Of a stretch of DNA of 64,000 nucleotides, positions 36,768-46,714 are shown piece after piece. Source of the stretch: Tetramitus jugosus (Eukaryota; Protista; Heterolobosea); the NCBI GenBank assembly GCA_937625935.1, contig OW569393.1:1-64000 (forward strand), in the 5' to 3' direction. Positions within the stretch are counted from its first letter, which is position 1; the number at the start of each line of letters is the position of its first letter. The position numbers were made by a program, and so were the translations under genes. The notes under the pieces were generated by a model. The model saw nothing but the letters and a program-made list of their open reading frames with translations. It did no database searches and was not told where the DNA came from.

Positions 36768-37481
36768 ATGAATGAACCTAGTATGTCGGTCATCAAGTAC
36801 AGAAACGATGAAAATCAACAAGAATACACTCATGATCCAATGAGTAAATTTGCTGAATGGTACAACACAGCCAATGAGTGTACCGATCAAAAGGACATAA
36901 ATTCTCCGTGGCCCACTTTTTCTCCACAGGCCATGCAGGTGGCCACTTGTACGCCAGATGGATACCCTAGCTGCCGAACTGTTTTGATGAAACATTTTGA
37001 CAAGGATGGTATCGTCTTTTGTACGAATTTTGACTCTAGAAAGGGCAAAGAATTGAGTCAGAATCCTCGCGTAGCTCTGTCGTTTTATTGGACAAGACCA
37101 ATTACCAGACAGATTCGAATTGAAGGAACAGCGATTCGAATGAGTCATGAACAAGGTGCAAAGTACTTTGCAGAGAGACCCATGACTTCCCGTATCGCTT
37201 CTGCCATTTCCAAACAGAGTCAACCTGTTGATTCGAGACAGGATATTGATCGTCGATATGAACAGAGTTATGAACATTATGTCCGCACGGGAGAAGATGT
37301 GCCTTGCCCTGAGGACTGGGGTGCATTCTTAGTCAAGCCAAGTAGAATTGAGTTTTGGCAGGAGGGAGATCATCGTCTGGCAGATCGAGTTGTCTATTCC
37401 CTGAACGATCAACAAACAACAGACTCAACTCAATCATCGAATGACAACGAAGTATGGGTTGCCACAAGACTTGATCCTTGA
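36768..37481 (+). CDS. PNPO: Pyridoxamine 5'-phosphate oxidase
   Basis: AMQVAT, PSCRTVLMK, TNFDSRKGKEL, RQIRIEG, IEFWQEGDHRLADR, WVATRLDP. Confidence 0.95.
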   Translation: MNEPSMSVIKYRNDENQQEYTHDPMSKFAEWYNTANECTDQKDINSPWPTFSPQAMQVATCTPDGYPSCRTVLMKHFDKDGIVFCTNFDSRKGKELSQNPRVALSFYWTRPITRQIRIEGTAIRMSHEQGAKYFAERPMTSRIASAISKQSQPVDSRQDIDRRYEQSYEHYVRTGEDVPCPEDWGAFLVKPSRIEFWQEGDHRLADRVVYSLNDQQTTDSTQSSNDNEVWVATRLDP

Positions 37482-37538
37482 TTTGCTTAACCAATTTTGA
37501 GGGAGCACCAGACGTTGAAATGGAACGGAAAAATAAAA

Positions 37539-40500
37539 ATGTCCGCCAGATTTGAGCTTCTCCCAATTCAACTTGTCAAAAAGGACAAGAACAAAATCCG
37601 CACAATTCTGCAGAATTCCCTCCTAGTCATGAGTCTCCATCAGGATATATTTATTGTCACAGGAGAGGTCGAAGCACCTCGGTATTACACCCCACAAGCT
37701 GTTGGTGCAGAGCTCGCACAACAACTCTTAGTAAGAGCTGAAAAGAAAGTTGCCTTCTTTGTGATTGATGCCAGTGGAAGAGAAGGTGAAGATGGCAGAG
37801 AAGGTAGAGAAGGTAAAAGAGGTGAAAGTGGAGATTCTGGCTCTAATGGTTCCAATGGTTCTCGTTCTGGAGACGATGGAAGAGACGGAAAAGATGGAAA
37901 GAATGGGCAAGATGGTGGAAGAGGTTCAGATGGTAAGAATGGTCGAGATGGAGGTGACGCAAGAAGTATGTATTTGAGGCTGTCCATGAACTCACCTCAA
38001 CAATTGTCCTTTGCTGGAAGTTACAATGGAACACTGGAAACGAGTGGTATGAGGCCAGATAGTTGTATTTTGTTGGCTGCAAGGGGAGGGAGAGGTGGAG
38101 ATGGAGGAGATGGTGGATACGGTGGTGATGGCGGAAGTGGAGGTAGGGGAGGATATGGTGGGAGAGGGGAGAGAGGTGCGAATGGAAAGAGACCTGGAGA
38201 GGATGGAGGAGATGGCGGCAATGGAGGCGATGGAGGAAGTGGAGGTGATGGTGGCAATGGAGGTGACGGTGGTAATGGAGGTGATGGAGGTAATGGTGGT
38301 CAAGGAGGAAATATCATTGTTGAGACGACACAACCCGAATTGTTGATGTTTACAGAGTGTGACATTCGCGGAGGGAGAGCAGGTGCGAGAGGTGATAGTG
38401 GCGGAGGAGGGTGTTCAGGATTTTCTGGCTCTGGTGGAAGCAGTGGAAGTGGAGGCAGTGGAGGCAGTGCTGGACCATACAAATCTGAAATCCCGAGTGG
38501 TTCGAGTGGAAGAGGCGGTAGCAGTGGAAGCAGTGGAAACTCTGGTAAAACAGGAAGTAGTGGACATCATGGAGAATGTGGTCGCAGTGGTGTTCCAGGT
38601 GAGGATGGATCTATTTGGTATGTGATCCTTGATCCAGTCACAATGCAACCTCTGGAACAATCTTCCTCAACATTCAACTGCTCTGTTTCTTCATACATGG
38701 TCCAAGGTGTGATAGACGACAACGTGTTTGAACCTGGAGAAAGAATTGTGATCAATGCAGTGGAAGTGATAAACAATGGCGGAATGACTCTTCCAGCTGG
38801 AGCATTGCTTCAATTCAACTCGACTGAAACCTTCATTTCAGAAAATATTGGTTATTATCTGCCAGCCATCAGACCAAATGAAACAATTGTTGTTCCAGCA
38901 AGTTTCTTTGGCTCTCTTCTGGAGTATCCAGAAACCACACATGCTCGCCAACTTCATGAAACAGCCAAAGTCATTTCAACAAGTCAACTTGTGGGTTGCA
39001 ACTTTGTGGACAGCACGATTGAAACATCCCTGAATGTTCAATATCCCATTCAAATTTCTGTCATGAATGGAAATGAACAGATGATCCATGGACAACAGTC
39101 GATATTTCAAGTTCAGATAAGAAACATCTCGAGTCTTCCTTATGGTAACATGTCTGGAAATGGGGATATCTCATGGAAAATCAATACAGATAGCAGATTA
39201 AATGCCATAGGATCAACAGAAGTAAGTCCACTCACAGGAAAGATTGATCTACTTGCGCCTGGTGAATCATTTATGTATAACATGGAAGTGACTGTGGATC
39301 AAAATGTTGAATTATTTGAGATATTGCCATGGAGTGTTGAACTTTCCTTCAGAAACAAGCGTATTGAAATTGCTGAAAAGAGTACCAGAATTACGCCAAG
39401 CTATGTACCAGTCGATTCTTCCAATCAACATTTGTTTGATGTGTTATTTGTTACAAACCAACACATTGCCAAACAAGAAGCCAGACTATACATGAGAATA
39501 TTCGAGGGATTGGATCTTAGAACCAATTTTTGGGACTGTGAGCAATACAATGGCTTCAGCATTGATCAGTCCACAGGTTATGTTCATCCAGTGTCGTGGA
39601 AGAATGCATTTAATGGCAAGCTCATTGTAATGCCTCTTTTCCGTCCTGATGAATTGGTGCAACTGCTGACACCGAATGATTTCATGAGTTTATTCATTGG
39701 AGAGAACTTTGAATCACCAACTTTGCTTGACACTGGTCTCGTCGTGATTGGAGCTGACTCATCTCGATTTCTATCACAATTGTTTGGCTCTGTCCCAGAG
39801 AAGCGAGTTGACCGCAGTTGCTTGTCCAGTCATTTTTTGTTGAGTGCACCATCTCGTGTGTCATTTCAGGCAAAATTGCGATCATATGTTGCCCATAAGA
39901 AAAGCCGAGACACTGCAGCTCTTTTTTCTTTGGTGAACTCCGAGTACAAACCCGTGCAATTGGACAGCTTACTGGGTACAAGATGGCAACTAGGAACTGC
40001 TGCTGTCAAAGAAATACCAATCGATTGCACCCACAAGTTCTACAATGTTGTTCCCAAATACGATTCTCAAGAGGTGTATTTGTCAATGGATAGCTTCAAT
40101 GCACATCAGATAACCCAATTCTCATTAACATCCAGGTTTGGAGCCACATTATATGCTGTGATTTGCTCTCTGAGCATTCCTGCCAAACTTAAACTCATTC
40201 ACTCTGGAGGCGGTGCTGCAAAGTTGGAGAATTGGACCTTCACTGGTATCAACAGGGAAGTCTTCTCCATTTCAGATCTTGTTGCTTATGCACTTTACAA
40301 AGATCTTCAAATTCAACTGTTTCATGGATTTATCAAGAGACAGACCCGAATTGAAGAGCTCGTCTCACAACTGAGTTCCAATCCTGAATATTTGACGCCT
40401 GAAATGGCTGCAATTGTTTTGAACGTGCTTTATCGACTGAAGAAAGAAACCAAAGTTGAATTGGTCAACATCTTCAGCAACATGTTTCATGCAGTGCAAC

Positions 40501-40778
40501 ACTTTAAAAGAAAGAGGAGAATACTGGAGGATTTATTCTCGCAATCTTTGGGAGCGTCCGTTGTCCTAAGGATTGTTGAACAGGCCAAAGAAGAAGCTAA
40601 AAAACCATTTGAATTGACGATTTATGATTTGGAACGACCCCTACTGCTCAATGATCAGAGAATAGCAGAGATTCCAGTTCCTCTCTCCGGACACTTATGG
40701 AATTGGAGTGACAGCTTCATGAACTTATTTCCTTGTCTCGGAAGAGTGGACACCACAAATTATGTCGAGCTTTCGTAG
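37539..40778 (+). CDS. Large protein with N-terminal Gly-rich (GxD/GGxG) repeats and an unknown C-terminal region
   Basis: Long open frame; GRDGKDG and GGDGGNG repeats, then DDNVFEPGERI...NNGGM. Confidence 0.8.
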   Translation: MSARFELLPIQLVKKDKNKIRTILQNSLLVMSLHQDIFIVTGEVEAPRYYTPQAVGAELAQQLLVRAEKKVAFFVIDASGREGEDGREGREGKRGESGDSGSNGSNGSRSGDDGRDGKDGKNGQDGGRGSDGKNGRDGGDARSMYLRLSMNSPQQLSFAGSYNGTLETSGMRPDSCILLAARGGRGGDGGDGGYGGDGGSGGRGGYGGRGERGANGKRPGEDGGDGGNGGDGGSGGDGGNGGDGGNGGDGGNGGQGGNIIVETTQPELLMFTECDIRGGRAGARGDSGGGGCSGFSGSGGSSGSGGSGGSAGPYKSEIPSGSSGRGGSSGSSGNSGKTGSSGHHGECGRSGVPGEDGSIWYVILDPVTMQPLEQSSSTFNCSVSSYMVQGVIDDNVFEPGERIVINAVEVINNGGMTLPAGALLQFNSTETFISENIGYYLPAIRPNETIVVPASFFGSLLEYPETTHARQLHETAKVISTSQLVGCNFVDSTIETSLNVQYPIQISVMNGNEQMIHGQQSIFQVQIRNISSLPYGNMSGNGDISWKINTDSRLNAIGSTEVSPLTGKIDLLAPGESFMYNMEVTVDQNVELFEILPWSVELSFRNKRIEIAEKSTRITPSYVPVDSSNQHLFDVLFVTNQHIAKQEARLYMRIFEGLDLRTNFWDCEQYNGFSIDQSTGYVHPVSWKNAFNGKLIVMPLFRPDELVQLLTPNDFMSLFIGENFESPTLLDTGLVVIGADSSRFLSQLFGSVPEKRVDRSCLSSHFLLSAPSRVSFQAKLRSYVAHKKSRDTAALFSLVNSEYKPVQLDSLLGTRWQLGTAAVKEIPIDCTHKFYNVVPKYDSQEVYLSMDSFNAHQITQFSLTSRFGATLYAVICSLSIPAKLKLIHSGGGAAKLENWTFTGINREVFSISDLVAYALYKDLQIQLFHGFIKRQTRIEELVSQLSSNPEYLTPEMAAIVLNVLYRLKKETKVELVNIFSNMFHAVQHFKRKRRILEDLFSQSLGASVVLRIVEQAKEEAKKPFELTIYDLERPLLLNDQRIAEIPVPLSGHLWNWSDSFMNLFPCLGRVDTTNYVELS

Positions 40779-41036
40779 ATAGAGACAAGTTTTTCTCGTT
40801 ATTTTTAAGGATGTAGTTCGTTGGACCTCAACGTATAAATAGAACTCTACCTATAAATTTTCCAGACTGCCCAAAAAAACAGGTGCACGACACCCAATCA
40901 CAAACACAAGCTTACGATCATGGTTGCCACATCTCATCAATGGTTCTGTTCCGGCTGTGGTTCCGTCTCAGCCAAGAGTATTATAATGAATACTGCCTCA
41001 TGGTTCTGCCCAGGATGCGGTCAAGTACTGGTTGAT

Positions 41037-41357
41037 TCAACAAGCAATCAAAACAGGCACAAAAAATTTCCTTTGCAATTTGCACGGTAAGCCTGACTTG
41101 CAAACGGCCAAACAGTGTGAGTACAAATTGTCCATATAAGACCTTATTGTTGATAGATTATTGACTATCGAAGATCGAAAATCCCGACACGTCAATACCA
41201 AATTCAACACATCTTCTACACCAAGGAACGAACCAACTAGATACACAAATAAATCAATATGTATATCGGTTATTCTTACTTTTCTTTTGACTCCAAACTT
41301 TACCAATTGTTGGTGTTGGTTATGTCTTCTTTTGGCGCCTTTTCCTTGTTTTCCCAT
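41037..41357 (-). CDS. Short F-box-like protein or fragment
   Basis: ITDIHIDLFVYLVGSFLGVEDVLNLVLTCRDF. Confidence 0.45.
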   Translation of the reverse strand: MGKQGKGAKRRHNQHQQLVKFGVKRKVRITDIHIDLFVYLVGSFLGVEDVLNLVLTCRDFRSSIVNNLSTIRSYMDNLYSHCLAVCKSGLPCKLQRKFFVPVLIAC

Positions 41358-41366
41358 TTGTTCATT

Positions 41367-41633
41367 GATTTTTTTCATCAAAAAAAACTTGCAAAAAACA
41401 GAAAACAAACACTCTGAAGGACATCGTGAATGCGAGTGACCTGATGATGAGTATGAGTTTTCTGACGTTTGTCAAATTCTGTCCTATTGATACCATTAGA
41501 GATTTTTTTCAAAAAAAACTTGCAAAAAACAGAAAACAAACACTCTGAAGGACATCGTGAATGCGAGTGACCTGATGATGAGTATGAGTTTTCTGACGTT
41601 TGTCAAATTCTGTCCTATTGATACCATTAGAGA
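41367..41633. repeat. Near-perfect tandem duplication, ~131-bp unit x2
   Basis: AAAAAAACTTGCAAAAAACAGAAAACAAACACTCTGAAGG...GATACCATTAGAGA at 41381 and 41512. Confidence 0.92.
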
Positions 41634-41642
41634 GGTGTTGAA

Positions 41643-42380
41643 TTGTCCGATAACTTGAGTATTCAGATCTCATTGATGACACTTGCTCTTCAAACATATC
41701 CTGATAACACTGACTATGTCAACAAGATTATTAATAACATTGCTAGTCAATTGAATAGCACTGCACTTGCTTCAGATGAAATTGTAGAGATGTTGAAGCG
41801 ATTGTTGTTGGTGCCACTCGAGTCATACAACAATGTGCTAACAGTTTTGAAGTTGGAGAAGTATGGTGATATTATTCATTCTCTTGGATATGAACAGAGA
41901 AAGTTTATTGCACTGAGCATTGTGAGATGCGAAAACTATGACACATTGTCCACAAAGACCTGCCAATACTCATCCAAGCTATTGAGGAAGCCTGATCAGT
42001 GCAGAGCTGGCTTCACTTGCTCTCATCTGTTCTGGCCGTTCGTGAATAACGAAGAGCTTCAGAACAGTTCAAAGGCACTTGAATGCTTGCAATGGTCGTT
42101 GAAGATTGTCAAGGCATGCATGCCTGCACAACAAATTCCATTGTTTGTTGACATTTTGAACGTGTACGCTTATCACTTTGACAAGGACAATGACAAGGTG
42201 ACTGCCGAGTACATTAACGGTCTCATTGATCTAATCGCTGACAATATCTCAAAGATTGAAGAAGAGGAGACTCCTGATGATGTCTTTGCACCAACCAATG
42301 TCTTCTATCGCAACACTATCAACTATTTGAGATCCAAGAAGAGGAGTGATTCTGAAAAGTATGCCGAGATTGCTATTTAA
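41643..42380 (+). pseudogene. VPS35: VPS35 (retromer) 5'-truncated, internally deleted fragment
   Basis: SLMTLALQTYPDNTDYVNKI and ENYDTLSTKTCQYSSKLLRKPDQCRA..CSHLFW...ALECLQ are Vps35 segments that are normally well apart; no ATG-initiated N-terminus. Confidence 0.8.
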
Positions 42381-42830
42381 TAGAGAATAAACTTCTTCAC
42401 TCAACAAGAGGAACAGACTCGCTCTCTCAGCACTCAACAACTTGCCAACACCAGAGATCAAATGCTGCAAAAAGACACCTCTTGTCGACTCTCCATCTTT
42501 TTTGATTGATTTGGTCGTTGTTGTTGTTGATGTTCGTTGTGCGACTTGTGTTTTTCGTTGTTGTTGTTGTCGTGTCAGAGAGAAAGTTTTTCGTTGGTTC
42601 AAGATTGGATAGATAGGTGGATATATTTTAAAAAAATACAATAAATGTTGTATCAGTTTCCTCTAAGCTGCGGAATTGGCGCAGTTGTAAAAATTTCCGT
42701 TGAGACTGTCTTTACAACGGCAACGGCCATCTTCCTCGGTTTAAAAAGCGCTGTCTTTTTCGCTGTTTGATTCAACTCACACAACAAATACAACACAACA
42801 AATACAACACACAACAAATACAATAACATT

Positions 42831-44744
42831 ATGCCACGAGGCGTGCCGAAGGACGGCAAGAGAAAGAGAAAGAGAGAGACTGTCAAAAAAAATGAATACT
42901 CATCACATTACGTGGTCAAGGTCGGTCTGAAGTCTCTGTTGTTGCATCATCCAACTCTGTTACCAATCATACAGACTCAAGCTCTGGAGATTACAAGGAT
43001 TGCTCTTCGACTCACAAGATTTATAAACATATTCGTTTTGAGGCACTTGGAGTCTGACTATCAAATCCCTTTATTAGATCAAGTGTTTCTTCAAAGATTA
43101 GGTTCTGTGTTGTTTGGACGCAATTCAAAACCAAGAGACAATAACTTAAGTCTCATCAACGAGTCTGTCAACATGGACGATGTAGTAGTCAAACTCAGAA
43201 AGATTTATCAGAGTTTTGCCACGTCCATCAATTATGTTGCCAGGTCTCTCAATGTCAACATCTCCAACATGCTCAAGTTCACATTGGAACCAAGACTGAG
43301 GAAGTATCTGAGGGTCAGAATGAATCAACTACACAGTGACTCATCTATTCCAAAGTCAGAACAAAGAAGGGTTGTTGAATACATTATCAGAAGGTTGACA
43401 TTTAGCACTCCTGTCCACGATTTTATCAAATTGCCTCCAAAAGAGTTGATAGAGACGATTCCTGTGTTGATCCGAGAGGTTCGAACACTTGTTGATGCTA
43501 AAACTGATGAAGTAATTGATGAATCATTTGTGAAGAACAACACCAATAACATGCTGAAGTTTTACTGGCATGTTCAACAATTTCTGATCAACAATGATAT
43601 GAAATCGTTTGCACTACTTCCTTTGTCTCATTTCAAGTGCAGGTGTATGGAGATTGGCACAAAGGAATTAGTTGATATGCTTAAACAGAAGAAACAAGGA
43701 AGACAAAAGAAGGGCGAGGAGTCAACTGAATTGAAGTGTAATCTCAAGTGTTTGAATGTTGGAACAAAGAAGATTCAAATCGACTCAATCAGAACTGACG
43801 GTATTCAGGCCTCTGTTGTTCTCAGACATCAACTCGTTGGCAATCACAAGAACAATAAGGCAAAGGAATCCAAGGACCAGAAAGAAGCAAAGAAGAGAAA
43901 GAAGGAAACAAGTATGAACGAAGGTGCTGAATATTTGGTTGGGATTGACCCGGGTATTGTTACGTTGGTGAGTTGTGTTGATTCAGATGGCAAGAAGTGG
44001 GAGTTGTCTAACAAAACATATAGACATCTGTCCCACCATTCGAAAAACTCCAAGCGATTGTTGAAATACAAAGCAGAATGGAACGAAATGAATGAGAAGA
44101 ACTTGGATGAACTCCAAAACTCAATCAAACAGGCCGGTGTACCAACAAGTGGTCTGTTCCTTGAACACATCAATTCTGTATTGAAAGTCGAGGATGATTT
44201 GTTGAATTTTTATTGCACCCCAAAGGTGAAGAGACTGAATTGGGATAGCTATATAATGAGAGATAAGACGATTGCCAATGTTATGAATGACTTTCGAAAG
44301 AGAGCAAATGGAAGAAGCATGTTAATTGGGATGGGCAATGCTGGTTTTGGTCATTGTTACAAAGGACATGCTCCAACACCAAAAGGAAAGCTATTGAAAA
44401 AGTTGAATGAGCACTTCAAAGTGAAAATGATCGACGAGTTCATGACAAGTCAGAAATGTCATCATTGCCATTCTCACATGAAGCCAGTCAAGCATAAGAG
44501 AATAGACAAGAATGGAACGTTGAATGTCTCTGTCGTCCGAGGAGTTAAACCGTGTGCAACCACTAAATGTTTAGTGACTCACAACAGAGACATCAATGCG
44601 GCCAAGAACATGCTCCATCTACTGAGAACAGAAATGGATGGACAGTCACGTCCCGATGCCTTCAAGAGGAAGAAAAAGGTCGCAAAAGAATTAATCAAAA
44701 TGGTGGAACACCTCCAAGGCTCACTCCATCAAGCTGCTATGTAA
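42831..44744 (+). CDS. Fanzor1: Fanzor1 (eukaryotic TnpB-like RNA-guided RuvC endonuclease), 637 aa, intact
   Basis: IRTDG (WED region), RuvC-I VGIDPG, GMGNAGFG..KGHAPTP, RuvC-II IDEFMTSQ, zinc ribbon CHHC...CATTKC, RuvC-III NRDINAAKNM; basic NLS-like termini. Confidence 0.92.
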   Translation: MPRGVPKDGKRKRKRETVKKNEYSSHYVVKVGLKSLLLHHPTLLPIIQTQALEITRIALRLTRFINIFVLRHLESDYQIPLLDQVFLQRLGSVLFGRNSKPRDNNLSLINESVNMDDVVVKLRKIYQSFATSINYVARSLNVNISNMLKFTLEPRLRKYLRVRMNQLHSDSSIPKSEQRRVVEYIIRRLTFSTPVHDFIKLPPKELIETIPVLIREVRTLVDAKTDEVIDESFVKNNTNNMLKFYWHVQQFLINNDMKSFALLPLSHFKCRCMEIGTKELVDMLKQKKQGRQKKGEESTELKCNLKCLNVGTKKIQIDSIRTDGIQASVVLRHQLVGNHKNNKAKESKDQKEAKKRKKETSMNEGAEYLVGIDPGIVTLVSCVDSDGKKWELSNKTYRHLSHHSKNSKRLLKYKAEWNEMNEKNLDELQNSIKQAGVPTSGLFLEHINSVLKVEDDLLNFYCTPKVKRLNWDSYIMRDKTIANVMNDFRKRANGRSMLIGMGNAGFGHCYKGHAPTPKGKLLKKLNEHFKVKMIDEFMTSQKCHHCHSHMKPVKHKRIDKNGTLNVSVVRGVKPCATTKCLVTHNRDINAAKNMLHLLRTEMDGQSRPDAFKRKKKVAKELIKMVEHLQGSLHQAAM

Positions 44745-44855
44745 GTCCCGATTATGTAGGAGCGTTAAGGTGTCTTCTCGGGAAATCATAATTTTTTTAT
44801 TATGGGTTTTATTTCACCGAACTACATCCTTAAGCGGATAAACGTTGGAACTGAT
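44745..44855 (+). ncRNA. Candidate Fanzor omega-RNA scaffold / element right end
   Basis: Pairings visible by eye: ATGTAG 44754/CTACAT 44822, GGTG 44769/CACC 44815, CATAAT 44787/ATTATG 44799, ATCC 44826/GGAT 44836, and a crossing pair AGCGTT 44761/AACGTT 44841; lies immediately 3' of the Fanzor stop. Confidence 0.6.
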
Positions 44856-44889
44856 CATGGAGTTCCATCTCAGCAGAAAAGAAGAAAGA

Positions 44890-46374
44890 ATGTTTCGTCA
44901 GGCGTTGAGATGCATTCCCAAGCATTTGGTCATTAGATCCAATGTACCCAATAGAGGTGCCATGTTGGCCAATAAGACCCTTGTTGAAATGTCCAGACAA
45001 GCATCCTTCTGCACTGAAACTGTGAAACATGCTTCTGTTGTTGAGTCTTCTCATACGCCTCCGAAAGCACAAGATACGTCAAACACAAAGAAGAATAGTC
45101 ATGTGGCCAAGGCCTTCGAACGCATCAACTTGTTGTGCGATAAGGATACGTTCACTCATCAGGAGGTGTCTACATCAGAGAACGGAGAGGATTTTGGTAT
45201 TACCGACCAAGCTCTGATCCGTGGCCGATCTGTACAGATCCTTTACCTTTCAGTGGCTGGGAACAGTTTGTCCGAGGTACACATCCAACAACTAGAAAGT
45301 GCTTTCCAGGCTGCAGGATTCTTCAGAACACCTGTTGTTGGCATTTATGATTTTCGATGCCAGAGTATTCAAAAAGGCAAAATCTCTCCGGGTGGAATCT
45401 CGAACATTTTTCAAAGAAATGCGTGGTTCTCTGGCTTCGCACCTCAAATTTCTTTGATATTTGGTCCATCCTTAGGTGCTGTTTTCAGTCTGTATGCTTC
45501 AGATTTTATCTTCATGGTAAAGAATGGCTATGATACTTCTAAGTTTAAGCCAGGCATAGCACATTCGACATTCGAGCAGGATGTAGACTGCTTGAAGAGT
45601 ATCAGAGAGTTTATCCACTTTTTGCCATTGTCAAGAAAGGAGATGTCACCCATCATTGAAAATTCTGACCCAACAACAAGAGGTGATGACGCTCTGAATT
45701 CTATTATTTCTCTAGATCCCAATACTGCATACAATATGAAGAATATTATCAGATCGATTGTAGATGATGAAAACTTCTGTGAACTAATGCCAGATCATGC
45801 CAGGAATATCCTTACTGGTTTTGCTCGCATGAATGGACAGGTTGTAGCAATTGTCGCGAATCAGCCTTGTGAGACTGCAGGAATTTTCGACTACGATTCC
45901 AGTGCTAAGGCTGCCAAATTCGTCAGATTTGCAAACACATTCAATATACCAATACTAACCTTTGTGGACGTACCTGGACTCTTGTATGAGGAAGATGATG
46001 TCCCTCGAAAAGGCGGGGAGCTCTTATTTGAGTATGTGAATGCTACTGTTCCAAGGATTACCATTGTTACCAGGAAGGCACATGATGACGCTTATGATGT
46101 CATTTCTTCGGAATACTTGATAGGTAAATTCAATTACTCGTGGGCGATGACTTCGAGGAAGGACACGGCTGATGTTAGTCAAGAAACCAAGTCTATTTAT
46201 CACAGTATCGAACCTTCTGCAACCAGACAACGTATATGCGAAGATTTGGAATCGTTAAAGACAAGAGAACCTGATCAACCCAGACCCTTAACCTGGAAAG
46301 AGGTGGTATGGGCTGTAAGAAATTTGTTATTGATACTCTTCTCTTTGTTCATACTTATTCGTTATGTTTGTTAA
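44890..46374 (+). CDS. Divergent propionyl-CoA carboxylase beta-like carboxyltransferase with a C-terminal hydrophobic tail
   Basis: ERINLLCD, PQISLIFGP, DFIFMVK, ARNILTGFARMNGQVVAIVANQP, KAAKFVRF, LTFVDVPG, VPRITIVTRKA; the usual GGARIQEG and YGGAY motifs are degenerate. Confidence 0.8.
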   Translation: MFRQALRCIPKHLVIRSNVPNRGAMLANKTLVEMSRQASFCTETVKHASVVESSHTPPKAQDTSNTKKNSHVAKAFERINLLCDKDTFTHQEVSTSENGEDFGITDQALIRGRSVQILYLSVAGNSLSEVHIQQLESAFQAAGFFRTPVVGIYDFRCQSIQKGKISPGGISNIFQRNAWFSGFAPQISLIFGPSLGAVFSLYASDFIFMVKNGYDTSKFKPGIAHSTFEQDVDCLKSIREFIHFLPLSRKEMSPIIENSDPTTRGDDALNSIISLDPNTAYNMKNIIRSIVDDENFCELMPDHARNILTGFARMNGQVVAIVANQPCETAGIFDYDSSAKAAKFVRFANTFNIPILTFVDVPGLLYEEDDVPRKGGELLFEYVNATVPRITIVTRKAHDDAYDVISSEYLIGKFNYSWAMTSRKDTADVSQETKSIYHSIEPSATRQRICEDLESLKTREPDQPRPLTWKEVVWAVRNLLLILFSLFILIRYVC

Positions 46375-46714
46375 TACAACCACTTCGAGTTATCCCAATC
46401 CATGGAATGAAATCTGCTTCTTACAATCCAATACAATTTTTCTGGGAACCCAGACAACTTCCATCCTTTTGACCAAATCAAATCAAAACGGAAGTCATCG
46501 AACTTGATTCCGTGTCAACTCGGAAAAATAAATCTCCGTATGTGAAAACAAAATCTCCCTCGCTGTCGAACGAATCCATTTCCTCAGCTTCCCGCACCCA
46601 CAGCCTTGCACTTTCCAAGCAAGAGCCACTCACTGCCAACCAAAAACCCCAACTCCACACAAAAACCAATTAGTTCACACACACAATCAGCATATCAACA
46701 ACAACAACAACAAC

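Noticed and set aside
37685-38776. Pro-rich antisense and alternative-frame ORFs
   Set aside because: Shadows of the Gly-rich repeat gene
41367-42830. Possible CRISPR-like array near the Fanzor
   Set aside because: Only a two-copy tandem duplication and a short simple repeat; no repeat-spacer structure
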